A stretch of DNA of 64,000 nucleotides, taken from positions 66,762-130,761 of the IMG/VR virus record IMGVR_UViG_3300045988_101135, one strand, 5' to 3'. Under the pieces are notes generated by a model. That model did no database searches and was not told the DNA's origin. It saw only the letters and a list, made by a program, of their open reading frames with translations. The position numbers and the translations under genes are program-made. Numbering within the stretch: the stretch's first letter is position 1; each line of letters starts with the position of its first letter. The DNA is from a virus. Of this stretch, positions 48,734-58,000 are shown one piece after another.

Positions 48734-49029
48734 TCTATTATATCCACATCATCAATTTGAGCAACCTGTACACCTTCGTCGTTTTCTATGATATATACAT
48801 TAACTGCAAAAGGCGAACAGAAACCATTTTTTGATTCTCCTCCAGTGATGGGATTATTATCCTCATCTAACCCGCCCCATACCTCAAAATGATATTTTCC
48901 GAAATCAAAATAAGAGAACCAGACATTATTGTCTTCATGTATTTCAATCTCTTTTTTATCTATTTTGTAATTATGTTTACACCCACCATATTTAAATGAT
49001 ATGGTTATATATTTATCAAATTCTTTCAT
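48724..49029 (-). CDS. hypothetical protein (101 aa)
   Basis: ORF in the minus array. Confidence 0.45.
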   Translation of the reverse strand: MKEFDKYITISFKYGGCKHNYKIDKKEIEIHEDNNVWFSYFDFGKYHFEVWGGLDEDNNPITGGESKNGFCSPFAVNVYIIENDEGVQVAQIDDVDIIECV

Positions 49030-49030
49030 T

Positions 49031-49423
49031 TTATATCTTCATTAGTCTGCAATTTGCATCTTCAAATACCGGAATCATCCCTTGTTCTCTAAAATAAGCA
49101 GTGGCCACTTTAAAAGCATACAGCGGATTTACTTTCTGGATTTCCCGCTGTGATTTGTAGAAAGATAACGGTTGACATACATAGAAGTTTTCATTGCCAA
49201 GACTCCCAAAAAGCCAATCCATACTACCTTCATCACAATTAGTGCCACCCAGTATTATTAAATCACATCCGGTCTTTCTGGTTCCAAGAATAAATATCTT
49301 ATTCTTGTTTTTCGGTTGCATAAATATCTCCTTGTCGATTTTAAACCAGTCACTCTGGCAACTCTCCACATCCCGACGAACGATTTCGTCAATTTCACGG
49401 GCATATTCTTCTTGTGTTTTCAT
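49031..49423 (-). CDS. hypothetical protein (130 aa)
   Basis: ORF in the minus array. Confidence 0.5.
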   Translation of the reverse strand: MKTQEEYAREIDEIVRRDVESCQSDWFKIDKEIFMQPKNKNKIFILGTRKTGCDLIILGGTNCDEGSMDWLFGSLGNENFYVCQPLSFYKSQREIQKVNPLYAFKVATAYFREQGMIPVFEDANCRLMKI

Positions 49424-49460
49424 AAGATATGTTATTAAAAATGATAACTAAATATGTTTC

Positions 49461-49874
49461 TTAAAAGAAACTCCAACAAAATGTTACGATAAATTCTCCC
49501 ATTCCGTATTCAGCAAGTTGCTTAAACGATTCTATCCCATTGCAGTAACAAAAAACATCATCATTGTCATCATCGTTGATGTTCAATGATAGTTTCATTG
49601 TCTTTCTTTGTTCATCTCCTGTCTCTTTCCGTACAATCTGACATTCTACGTATTCAGGCTCCTTCCCTGTTCTTTCTACAAATTCATGAAACCTTAAATC
49701 AATTTCATGTTTGACTTCTTCAATGTTGGATATTATCACCTCGTTTTCACAATTCGAGCAAATAGCATGCATAAAAGATCCATCAAAATAATCTATTATT
49801 TTTCCGGTATTCGGATTTACTATGGCTTCACAAGCAACATTTGTTCCACCACATCTTGTACATATATATCCCAT
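49461..49874 (-). CDS. Cys-rich protein (137 aa)
   Basis: CTRCG...C...CSNC zinc-ribbon-like pattern. Confidence 0.5.
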   Translation of the reverse strand: MGYICTRCGGTNVACEAIVNPNTGKIIDYFDGSFMHAICSNCENEVIISNIEEVKHEIDLRFHEFVERTGKEPEYVECQIVRKETGDEQRKTMKLSLNINDDDNDDVFCYCNGIESFKQLAEYGMGEFIVTFCWSFF

Positions 49875-49920
49875 AATTATCTGTTTTTAAAATGTTCAAC
49901 AATTTCATCTACTGTAGCCT

Positions 49921-49990
49921 TACGTCACGCAAAGCAGGCCCCGTCTCCCCTGAACCGGAGCTCTTCGCACTTTCCCACCTGTCTCCTGTG
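49921..49990. other. GC/polypyrimidine-rich intergenic island
   Basis: About 65% GC and CT-rich on the plus strand (ctcccctg, cctgtctcctgtgg) within a roughly 33% GC genome. Confidence 0.3.
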
Positions 49991-50017
49991 GCGTCCGTCA
50001 CTATCAGCCATTATAAC

Positions 50018-50827
50018 CTATTCTTCTAAATCATTCTCTATCATAACTTCCTTTATCAATTCATCTGTCTCCTCGTAACATCCCCAGCAAGAATCAACCT
50101 CTTCCCATTCTTCACAATCTTCATCCTCTCTTGATTCGTCTTTGTATCTCTTGGTAAATGCTACCTTCTTTTCAAGAACGTACCCTTTTACATCTCCCCA
50201 CATCCACATACCTATGGACTTTACTTCATTATCTATAATTTTGGCACAATCTTCTTTCCAGTCTCCTTCTTTATCGCAGACTTCATTATCATATTTTTCT
50301 TTTGTAACGTATGCTATCCCTTTTATATAATCACCTTGATTATAACCCCTTGTTGACCACTCTATAGCCACCACATCTTTTCCATATTTGGATATGATAT
50401 CTAACAAATCTTCGTCATCCAGATCCTCTATTAATTCTCCTCTGCAATCAAAGTCCGTCAAATCACTTGGTGAAAACTCTTGATCTATATATGGACTTGT
50501 CTTATGCTTCAACTCCCATACATTGCTACCTCTGTTGTATGTGAATGAGATCCCATTCGCTTCCCCTTTCTTTAAATATTTTACAATGTCTTTCTGTTCT
50601 ATATGCTTCATTACAATAGCATCAATAACATCTCTAAGATTATGCTTGTTATCGTAGAAGAAAGTTTTCCAATTGCATTCATCATGTAATCGATGTGTAT
50701 CTGAGTATTCAAAAAAGAATGACCCAAACAAACCCCAATTAGTTATAGGGCATTCTGAATCACGGCAATAATACACTTTAATGCGATAATCACCTACTTC
50801 TTTTGTTGTAATAAGATCGTCTTCCAT
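50018..50827 (-). CDS. acidic hypothetical protein (269 aa)
   Basis: ORF; Asp/Glu-rich with an EDEDCEEWEEVDSCWGCYEETDE tail. Confidence 0.55.
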   Translation of the reverse strand: MEDDLITTKEVGDYRIKVYYCRDSECPITNWGLFGSFFFEYSDTHRLHDECNWKTFFYDNKHNLRDVIDAIVMKHIEQKDIVKYLKKGEANGISFTYNRGSNVWELKHKTSPYIDQEFSPSDLTDFDCRGELIEDLDDEDLLDIISKYGKDVVAIEWSTRGYNQGDYIKGIAYVTKEKYDNEVCDKEGDWKEDCAKIIDNEVKSIGMWMWGDVKGYVLEKKVAFTKRYKDESREDEDCEEWEEVDSCWGCYEETDELIKEVMIENDLEE

Positions 50828-50875
50828 GTCTTTATATTTTAAATAGTTCTTAATTTTTCTGCTGCTGTCATAATA

Positions 50876-51190
50876 TTAATCTGTTATTCTGTAATAATAA
50901 TCAAGTTCTTCTCCCTTAAAGTTGTTCATGGCATACTCGTCAGCTTCTCGCCACAACCGGTCATACAGTGCAGCCAGTTTACGATTGCTTTCATGATGTT
51001 GCCAGATTTTATGATTCAATACAAGCGTTAATTCCGTGAAGAACTTATAATCGTCTTTCCATTCATTGAACGCACGTCTGTAGGTATCTTTGACACCTAC
51101 TATACCATACTTGTCGGCTATACTAAAATCTTCCCAAAAGGTAGTCAGTAGGTTATAGCCCACTTCTTTCATAAATTCTTTGAATGTCAT
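50876..51190 (-). CDS. hypothetical protein (104 aa)
   Basis: ORF in the minus array. Confidence 0.45.
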   Translation of the reverse strand: MTFKEFMKEVGYNLLTTFWEDFSIADKYGIVGVKDTYRRAFNEWKDDYKFFTELTLVLNHKIWQHHESNRKLAALYDRLWREADEYAMNNFKGEELDYYYRITD

Positions 51191-51378
51191 AAACTATTAT
51201 TTTAGGTATATAATTATCTTATCTTATCAATGACCTCTCTCTTGAACTCGTAATATTCATATATGCGACCTTTATAATCAGCCACCATTTCTTAAAATTA
51301 CTTCTGCTTCTTCTGCGCTGTTAAGTTTTAATTCGTTTCCCATTTTATGTATTGTTTTCGCCGTTCACTATCTGATTA

Positions 51379-51470
51379 ATGTATGGCCCTGGCCACGAAC
51401 AGCCAGGCTGGCCTCATGGCAGGACGGGCGCCTCCTTACCCTGGCTGCTCTGCCCACTCCCTGTATCCTA
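51379..51470. other. GC-rich structured island (cagccagg ... cctggctg 8-bp stem)
   Basis: About 68% GC stretch with nested inverted repeats, partly overlapping a weak 62-aa ORF. Confidence 0.3.
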
Positions 51471-51624
51471 CGTTAAAACCAATAGGATCATACCTTTTGA
51501 TCATAGTACCATAATTCTCTCTACCGCAATATCTGTTCCTTCCTCCAATAATCCATGCTTCATCGTCTCTATCTGGAGATATGGAGTTAAGATATTTTTC
51601 ATAATCCTTTCTACTCTTTCCCAT
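51436..51624 (-). CDS. hypothetical small protein (62 aa)
   Basis: ORF overlapping the GC-rich island; uncertain. Confidence 0.3.
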   Translation of the reverse strand: MGKSRKDYEKYLNSISPDRDDEAWIIGGRNRYCGRENYGTMIKRYDPIGFNVGYREWAEQPG

Positions 51625-51710
51625 CTTTGTCTTGATTTAAGCAATAGTTAATAAAATAAGCAACCTGTTCATTTTCCCCTGTATTATCAAAATCACCTAA
51701 AGTCATATCA

Positions 51711-51971
51711 TCATAGTCCAGCAGAACCATACGAAAATCGTTTTTTTTTGACATACACCTCCGTTAAAAACATAGGAATCCCAGCAATTTCTATTATCAC
51801 CGGAAACTGATCATCAAAGTCAAACGCATTATTATCTTCTCCCCATTTTTTAAATTTTAGCTTTATACTTCCACCATTCTCCACTAATGCCTCTTTGATG
51901 TACTTTAATCTTTTTGCATTCAGATCAATCTCTGCTTTTTCTATTTCTTTGTACAATTCATTCAGATCCAT
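51711..51971 (-). CDS. hypothetical protein (86 aa)
   Basis: ORF in the minus array. Confidence 0.4.
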   Translation of the reverse strand: MDLNELYKEIEKAEIDLNAKRLKYIKEALVENGGSIKLKFKKWGEDNNAFDFDDQFPVIIEIAGIPMFLTEVYVKKKRFSYGSAGL

Positions 51972-52058
51972 ATTCCACTATATTTATATTGTCAAATTTT
52001 TCTTTTATAATATCCAAAGCACCGCACTCGTTTGTTACCATAACATACTTTCCCGGCT

Positions 52059-52382
52059 TCATTCCTTTATTCTCCTTATCTTTAAATTGTTATTCCCACA
52101 GTATTCCTTCAGCCAACTATCCGTTAGATAACGATTAACTCTATCGTATTTCTTTTTCGGACCCTTGCTCCAGAATTTCCATTCGTTTGTGATATTGTAC
52201 CCATATTTATCAAACCAATAGATATAATACACTACGTTACCGTATAAATCCACTCTTTTTCTTTCCTGTATGACTACCTCATAAGGTATCTCCTTGTCTC
52301 TTTTTCCCATCTTTGTCCTCCTTTCTTGAATAAAAAAAACGGCACCTATCTTCACAGACCAGTGCCGGCAACTAACTCGCAT
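52059..52382 (-). CDS. hypothetical protein (107 aa)
   Basis: ORF in the minus array. Confidence 0.45.
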   Translation of the reverse strand: MRVSCRHWSVKIGAVFFIQERRTKMGKRDKEIPYEVVIQERKRVDLYGNVVYYIYWFDKYGYNITNEWKFWSKGPKKKYDRVNRYLTDSWLKEYCGNNNLKIRRIKE

Positions 52383-52388
52383 GGAAAA

Positions 52389-52799
52389 CTACTTAACCTC
52401 AACTAATTCTACAGAGCTGTAGAATTTAGTGAAGCTACCAACAAATTCTCTTATATTTTTATATTCTTCTGGTCGTTTTCTGTTACCATCTTTTATACAA
52501 TTCACCCACAGTCTATCCTCTATGTTCTTAATCGCATTCTCTATCGTAAATTCGTCGCTGACGCTCATTAAACACGAAGACCCGGTTTTCTTATGTGGTT
52601 TATATATCCTTGAAAAAGACCACATTTTTATTCTATCATATATATATCCGTTGTTGGGATAAACGAATCCTATCCGGCTGTCACCTTCTTTAGCGTAAAA
52701 CACACCTGGCTCCTTCCCGCCCTTTCTATATACTACAAATCCTTTTTCTTTTAGGATATTAACCACTTTATCTAATTTATTTTCTACGTTCATTTTCAT
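52389..52799 (-). CDS. hypothetical protein (136 aa)
   Basis: ORF in the minus array. Confidence 0.5.
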   Translation of the reverse strand: MKMNVENKLDKVVNILKEKGFVVYRKGGKEPGVFYAKEGDSRIGFVYPNNGYIYDRIKMWSFSRIYKPHKKTGSSCLMSVSDEFTIENAIKNIEDRLWVNCIKDGNRKRPEEYKNIREFVGSFTKFYSSVELVEVK

Positions 52800-53250
52800 G
52801 CAAAAATTTAAAAACGACCCTCATTACAGTTGCGAAGTTCTCTACCTTAACCCACTCATGAGCTACTGCTCTAAGTACAGACGTTTCATATGTTGGGACA
52901 TTGTCTTCTTTAACCACCTTACAAGAAGCCAGAACTCCTTCAGTCGGCTTTAGTCCACGGTCATGCAGCTCGCATAGACCGTCCGGCCGGCGGAATGCGC
53001 ACCACCCGTCTTTCTCTGTTGGCTGGATCATCGCTATTGGTTTTTCTTTCACTGCAAGATACCCTACCATCCACATTGTTTCTTTTAACCTGTCAGCGTA
53101 TCCGGCATCTATGATAGCCTCTATGTCTTTTGGCGTACCAATACAAGGAACCTTACACATGTTCTTGCATTTATCACATGTACAAGGTTGCTCCCATCTG
53201 TTATGATCTATGCCTACCAACTTCTTTATCCGTTCTACTTCTTCTTTCAT
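52777..53250 (-). CDS. Cys-rich protein (157 aa)
   Basis: CTCDKCKNMCKVPC cluster. Confidence 0.5.
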   Translation of the reverse strand: MKEEVERIKKLVGIDHNRWEQPCTCDKCKNMCKVPCIGTPKDIEAIIDAGYADRLKETMWMVGYLAVKEKPIAMIQPTEKDGWCAFRRPDGLCELHDRGLKPTEGVLASCKVVKEDNVPTYETSVLRAVAHEWVKVENFATVMRVVFKFLHENERRK

Positions 53251-53251
53251 A

Positions 53252-53533
53252 TTATACTATCTCTGTTAGTTTTTCATAATACAACTTCATTTCCGGTGAA
53301 GCATATTCCATGAATGCTTCGAATAAGTGGGGTACCTCTATTATCATATTCACATTACAACCTTCTGCCTGTGAAAGAGATTCAAGATCATTACTGTATG
53401 AACACGTTACATAAGCTCCTACATTAAACACATGTAAATCTAATCTTACATATTCCATACATAAATCTAACGCTTTAAACAAGTTCTCTACCTCAATCTC
53501 CTGAAATAGGTCTATAAACATCCTTAAATCCAT
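53252..53533 (-). CDS. hypothetical protein (93 aa)
   Basis: ORF in the minus array. Confidence 0.4.
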   Translation of the reverse strand: MDLRMFIDLFQEIEVENLFKALDLCMEYVRLDLHVFNVGAYVTCSYSNDLESLSQAEGCNVNMIIEVPHLFEAFMEYASPEMKLYYEKLTEIV

Positions 53534-53916
53534 TATTTTACCACCCTTTCTACATGTTTAATTAATACTACTGCTATTCCATTGCCGGTTTTTATCGCAC
53601 ATTCCGATCCCCTTATCCATTCTACACACCCTACATACTTTTCCGTAGCATGAAATCCGGGATTGTATTTTCCAGATGTACTGAACTCTACCGTATCCCC
53701 TACCCTCAGATCATCAAAAGCAATAGACCATGTGGTCCAAATTCTGTCATGTCTCCCAGGCTGAATGGCCCCGATTACGCCTTTTTTACGACCGTTTTTT
53801 ATTGCCCTTAGTATTATCTTCCTATCACCTTCGATAAGGCTGCAAAAGCGCCCGTAAAAGGTCAAATCAACCTGTTTTCCTCCTATTTCTTCTCTTATTT
53901 TTGTTATTCTGTTCAT
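53533..53916 (-). CDS. hypothetical protein (127 aa)
   Basis: ORF in the minus array. Confidence 0.5.
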   Translation of the reverse strand: MNRITKIREEIGGKQVDLTFYGRFCSLIEGDRKIILRAIKNGRKKGVIGAIQPGRHDRIWTTWSIAFDDLRVGDTVEFSTSGKYNPGFHATEKYVGCVEWIRGSECAIKTGNGIAVVLIKHVERVVK

Positions 53917-54160
53917 TTTCTGATTTTGTTTTATTTTTTTCTTTGTTTTTTCTATCTTCTATAGAAGATGATAATAACATTATCTTTTCTATGTTACTTT
54001 TTGACTGTAAAAAAGAATCGCATTTCATTACTACTACCACCTTCTTAAGTTCCCCATTATCGTATAGCGATACACGCATCATGTTTTGCACCTCGTCCAC
54101 TATCAGACCTGGAGTAGTCTTAGCCATTTTGCGTAGCTTATTATACTCCGGTCTTTCCAT
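53867..54160 (-). CDS. hypothetical protein with basic tail (97 aa)
   Basis: C-terminus KNKEKNKTKSENEQNNKNKRRNRRK. Confidence 0.4.
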   Translation of the reverse strand: MERPEYNKLRKMAKTTPGLIVDEVQNMMRVSLYDNGELKKVVVVMKCDSFLQSKSNIEKIMLLSSSIEDRKNKEKNKTKSENEQNNKNKRRNRRKTG

Positions 54161-54425
54161 TTCCTCTGTTTATTACTCTATAGTATTTATCCTTATCCCC
54201 TTCTTTCAACTTCTCCAGATAGAAAATTCCATCATGTAAATGAGACAAACAAAACCTGTATCCGTATTTCTGTACTCTTCTTACATGATCCCGCAGTCTT
54301 ATCTCTTCACTTTTGTCTTGTACTTTGATTTTAATACTGTCTCCTTCTTTGATTGTGTATAAAATAGTTTGAATCTCTTCTTTTTTCATCTTATAAAATA
54401 TTTTAACGGCAGCACCTATACTCAC
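54141..54425 (-). CDS. hypothetical protein (94 aa)
   Basis: ORF in the minus array. Confidence 0.4.
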   Translation of the reverse strand: MSIGAAVKIFYKMKKEEIQTILYTIKEGDSIKIKVQDKSEEIRLRDHVRRVQKYGYRFCLSHLHDGIFYLEKLKEGDKDKYYRVINRGNGKTGV

Positions 54426-54452
54426 GCACCACTACTGCCTTATGTTTAACAA

Positions 54453-55262
54453 TTAAATACTTAACTCTTCAATGGTCAAGCCTTTTTCTTTTGCCCACTT
54501 TAGCATCGCGCATAATTCTGTTTCTGACTTATATTTCGGATCACGCCACGCCCATCCGAATTTATCCAGGACATGATGATATAATTCGTCGGCCTTTGCC
54601 GTGTAAATGTCTTTGAATAAATGCTCCGAACCTTCCGGTATAAGCATCTCTGTTGTTGCAAAATCGGAATACGATAAACATCCGTAAGCATATTCTGTTA
54701 TTTCACTCCATGCTTCTCCGGCTTTAAATCCAAATTCTTTTACAAAAGCCAAAGTTAGATACATATTTAATAATATTGTTACATCATATCCGGAATCCGA
54801 CTTTCTTTCTATTATTTCCTTTTCAAATTCCTTTAAATCTTCAGGTCCTAAAAAGATGTATCCTGATACCGACCGGTAATTAGTCTCCGCATACTTCTTG
54901 CATTTATCATCATTGACAATCTTACTAATGTTAGATAACATCTTTTGCCTCCATTCATCACAAAACTCTACCTCTACGTTCATCCAATCAGTACCATAAT
55001 TATATTCTTTCGGATATCCGACCGATGTTACCTTTATACTATTCACGCCATATCCGTAAAGGCGTTCACTTACCTCATTCGCCCATTCCTGTACAAAAGG
55101 AATAAACTTATTGTAATAAGAATCAAAATCAAAATCCGATTCCTCCTCATATTCTGGCATCTCTTCATAATCCTGTTCAAAGAAATGACGAGGATCTGCT
55201 ATTGTTTCGTAGAAACTTACGTTAATGAAACAAAACTCGTTGGTTGTCGTTTTTAATATCAT
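54453..55262 (-). CDS. acidic hypothetical protein (269 aa)
   Basis: N-terminal EQDYEEMPEYEEESDFDFD acidic patch. Confidence 0.55.
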   Translation of the reverse strand: MILKTTTNEFCFINVSFYETIADPRHFFEQDYEEMPEYEEESDFDFDSYYNKFIPFVQEWANEVSERLYGYGVNSIKVTSVGYPKEYNYGTDWMNVEVEFCDEWRQKMLSNISKIVNDDKCKKYAETNYRSVSGYIFLGPEDLKEFEKEIIERKSDSGYDVTILLNMYLTLAFVKEFGFKAGEAWSEITEYAYGCLSYSDFATTEMLIPEGSEHLFKDIYTAKADELYHHVLDKFGWAWRDPKYKSETELCAMLKWAKEKGLTIEELSI

Positions 55263-55513
55263 AACTTTTTGTATTTACGTACATTTTTCTTGCCATAGAA
55301 TCTACACATGGCACGAATCTGACTATAAAATACTTTTGTCCTCCTGGCCTCAAAGTATTTAAACATTTCTTCATTCTTTGTTTCCCAAACGTAATCCGTT
55401 TGGGAACTCATGCGATCTTTCTCCTTGCGTGAATAATGGTAATATGATACCACAACACGTTTCATACCATTCTTTACAGGTACGATATTTACGTCTATAC
55501 TATTCTCTGTCAT
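55259..55513 (-). CDS. hypothetical protein (84 aa)
   Basis: ORF in the minus array. Confidence 0.4.
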   Translation of the reverse strand: MTENSIDVNIVPVKNGMKRVVVSYYHYSRKEKDRMSSQTDYVWETKNEEMFKYFEARRTKVFYSQIRAMCRFYGKKNVRKYKKL

Positions 55514-55632
55514 ATTATTATTGTTTTATGCATTATACAAATACAAAGAGCGCATACCTTCACAGGCCGGCGCTCCTTTCAATAAAAATGAAAAAACTAA
55601 TATTACATAAACATATTGTTTTCTACTCTTTA

Positions 55633-55866
55633 TTACAATACTTTTGTTCCGCAATTATTATATCTTCCGTACTCTTTTTTCGTATCATTCAAGATTTCAA
55701 AAACCATCTTCTTGTGATCTTCGTTTGGTAACCTATCCTTAACAGCCGATATTACGCCCGCTATAGACGTAAAGCCTGAATCTGTTATTGAACACAGCAA
55801 CACGCCTCTGTCGGCTCCGGTGCTTATTGCTGACGCCTTTATAATATCATTCTTATATATTCTCAT
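55633..55866 (-). CDS. hypothetical protein (77 aa)
   Basis: ORF in the minus array. Confidence 0.4.
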   Translation of the reverse strand: MRIYKNDIIKASAISTGADRGVLLCSITDSGFTSIAGVISAVKDRLPNEDHKKMVFEILNDTKKEYGRYNNCGTKVL

Positions 55867-55879
55867 AACTTTTTTGTTT

Positions 55880-55975
55880 TATTGTTTGTGAGATGCCCAG
55901 AATCGAACCAGGACCGGCACATACGCACCGGCACGCCGCGTCATCCCCTCTATGATGCAGAAATAGGCATGCCTA
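55880..55975 (-). tRNA. tRNA-like element 1 (canonical T-arm; ~95 nt; atypical body)
   Basis: The minus strand reads ...cctgg-TTCGATT-ctggg-catctcac. This is a T-stem/loop with G53, T54, T55, C56 and C61, followed by a 7-nt acceptor 3' strand. A complementary 5' strand (gtgagga) lies about 95 nt upstream. An internal 7-8 bp hairpin (ccggtgc-gtat-gtgccgg) could be a long variable arm. D and anticodon arms could not be folded by eye. Confidence 0.45.
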
Positions 55976-56041
55976 TCCTCACGAACCGACATGCCAAAAC
56001 CCAAAACTTAATTTGATGAATAAAATAGATTAACAAAAATA

Positions 56042-56356
56042 CTATTCTAATTCTTTTATAATATCTTTCACAATATTCAGCCTTACCTCCTTCGTTTCTG
56101 GACTAAGACAACCAAACCACCCATAAAACGTTCTTGTTTCCTCTGGTTCTGTGGCCATACTTATCTTCTCTTCCAATTCCGGGAAATATATTCTCACCAT
56201 TTCGTCTGAACGAAACTCATAGATATTTTTATGTGTTTTGAAATACATAAACACTACATTTCTTAACGCAACACATATGTATTCCCCATCCTCTAACCTA
56301 TCAATCATCTCATATACCTTTTTCCATATGAATAATCGCTCTTCTTTTGCAAACAT
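56042..56356 (-). CDS. hypothetical protein (104 aa)
   Basis: ORF in the minus array. Confidence 0.45.
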   Translation of the reverse strand: MFAKEERLFIWKKVYEMIDRLEDGEYICVALRNVVFMYFKTHKNIYEFRSDEMVRIYFPELEEKISMATEPEETRTFYGWFGCLSPETKEVRLNIVKDIIKELE

Positions 56357-56378
56357 ATCTTTCTTTATTTTTGTGGTA

Positions 56379-56708
56379 TTATTTGACTGTACGCAGACTT
56401 TTCCATGTACACAATACTATGTGTCCAAGTATTTTCTTTGCTGCTTCTTTCTTTATCGCGCAATATCTCCCTGTACGATACGGATTCTTTTGATCTGATC
56501 CATCCTCAACTTCGATAATAAAACAACCTCCGTCATCTATTATCTTTTTGCAATTGTCACATATTTCTCCCGTGCATATATGATGCGGCGCCTGCCCTTT
56601 GATGTTATTCCCTAATAAAGCAATCCCCATCTCTTCACCGCATACTATGCATAGTTCTATGGATGGATTCAACCCATGCTCTGGATGCAATACAATACCG
56701 TCTTTCAT
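56379..56708 (-). CDS. Cys/His-rich protein (109 aa)
   Basis: CIVCG...HHICTGEICDNC pattern. Confidence 0.45.
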   Translation of the reverse strand: MKDGIVLHPEHGLNPSIELCIVCGEEMGIALLGNNIKGQAPHHICTGEICDNCKKIIDDGGCFIIEVEDGSDQKNPYRTGRYCAIKKEAAKKILGHIVLCTWKSLRTVK

Positions 56709-57109
56709 TTTCTATCCTCCTTTATTAATTCTATTATAAACTTTTTATCTTGTTCCCACAATGGCAGCCCTTCTTTTACTGTGTATGCCACTGTTTCCCT
56801 CTCTCCTATTAATCGCACGGCAATCTCTCTTGCTTTCAAGTCATCCTCCTCATGCGATTTGTTTATTAAATCATAGGCACATGATTCCACCTTTTGCCTT
56901 TCGATTATTATCGAACCCATTAACTCGCTTATATGCGATCCTAAAAACGATAAGACATTAATAGCTTTCCCAATATCATTTGAAATAGCACTTGCTAAAT
57001 ACATCTTATCCATATACTCCGGCAAAGCCTCGTATGCCGTTTCTATGTTTTTATACTGATTTTCGTTTACCTCCCTTTTAATCAGTTCTTCAAATTCTTC
57101 TTTTAACAT
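56705..57109 (-). CDS. hypothetical protein (start trimmed to Met 57109; 134 aa)
   Basis: The track ORF (to 57256) would run through the tRNA-like element; the internal ATG (MLKEEFEEL) avoids this. Confidence 0.5.
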   Translation of the reverse strand: MLKEEFEELIKREVNENQYKNIETAYEALPEYMDKMYLASAISNDIGKAINVLSFLGSHISELMGSIIIERQKVESCAYDLINKSHEEDDLKAREIAVRLIGERETVAYTVKEGLPLWEQDKKFIIELIKEDRK

Positions 57110-57132
57110 GTTCTTCCCTATTTTAATGTTGT

Positions 57133-57199
57133 GTGAGATCGCCGGAATCGAACCGACTTGCTGCACCATGAATCCCATAAAGCAAATGCTCCGATCTTC
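57133..57199 (-). tRNA. tRNA-like element 2 (T-arm gtcgg-TTCGATT-ccggc + acceptor 3' gatctca)
   Basis: Same T-arm core (ccggaatcgaaccg on the plus strand) as elements 1 and 3. The candidate 5' acceptor strand gaagatc pairs 5 of 7. The 67-nt span is short for a canonical tRNA. Confidence 0.4.
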
Positions 57200-57256
57200 G
57201 CAGATGGGAGCATTCTGTCTAAAGCATAAGAAAATTAATGAAGAAATTTTTCTCAC

Positions 57257-57337
57257 TTACGCCATAGCATCTAAAATAGCTATCAGCACTATTTCTATGA
57301 CAAACATAATAGAAAATATCTTAAATGCCTTTTTCAT
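57257..57337 (-). CDS. unlisted 26-aa hydrophobic peptide MKKAFKIFSIMFVIEIVLIAILDAMA
   Basis: ATG preceded at 9 nt by ggagg (strong SD); the peptide is a single predicted TM helix; below the track cutoff. Confidence 0.3.
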   Translation of the reverse strand: MKKAFKIFSIMFVIEIVLIAILDAMA

Positions 57338-57444
57338 ATCGCTATCTCCTCCTTTTTATTTTTTTTAGTTCCACAATAAACTGTTCCGGCTCTGCTCCGA
57401 CCTACGTTCCACCTACAACCGCAGGCCTTAGCCCAAGGCGCCGC

Positions 57445-57714
57445 CTACTCCCCCTCTATGGCAGCCTGTTCGTACCTACAAATCCAATCTCCATCTATAC
57501 AACTATCACTACGCGATAATAAACATTTATCCTTATAACAATCATAAAAAATACACCTATCACAACTGTAATCCTTAACGTCTACACAGCTAACTACCTT
57601 AGCATATACTATTCCATCACTGCCTTCTATTCCTTTTACCCCGAAAATAGAACCTTCTACCTCCTTACTCAAATCTAAGTCAGGCGCAAAGTCATATACG
57701 TTCATACCATCCAT
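57445..57714 (-). CDS. Cys-rich small protein (89 aa)
   Basis: CVDVKDYSCDRCIFYDCYKDKC...C...C. Confidence 0.4.
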   Translation of the reverse strand: MDGMNVYDFAPDLDLSKEVEGSIFGVKGIEGSDGIVYAKVVSCVDVKDYSCDRCIFYDCYKDKCLLSRSDSCIDGDWICRYEQAAIEGE

Positions 57715-57803
57715 ATTTTAATTGTTAAACATCCCGCTTAAAAAAAAATACTCACATAATGCAGTCCTCAACCCTTAATCTGTTGGAAGGAACCTATATA
57801 ATG

Positions 57804-57889
57804 CTGTTTTAAACCCTTATCATATTGAATTTTGTGGAAATGATCTACAGAACACTGTTTTAAAACGCTTATCTATTGAATTTTGTTGG
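57804..57889. repeat. imperfect direct repeat (2 x ~34 nt): ctgttttaaa(a)c(g)cttatc(a/t)tattgaattttgt(t)gg
   Basis: Two copies at 57804-57837 and 57855-57889. Confidence 0.5.
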
Positions 57890-58000
57890 TAGGGAGTGCC
57901 CTCCCTCTCCCCCTCTCCAACCCCGGCTAATCCTCCGGCTTTCCGCATAGAACCTGCGCTCTCGGCCTCACTACCGGCATACGGAGAGCGCTACAAGCTT
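57889..58000. other. GC/CT-rich structured island (possible small RNA)
   Basis: ccctccctctccccctctcc tract followed by nested hairpins: agggag-tgcc-ctccct, ccgg-ctaatcct-ccgg, and gcgctctc-20nt-gagagcgc. Confidence 0.3.
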
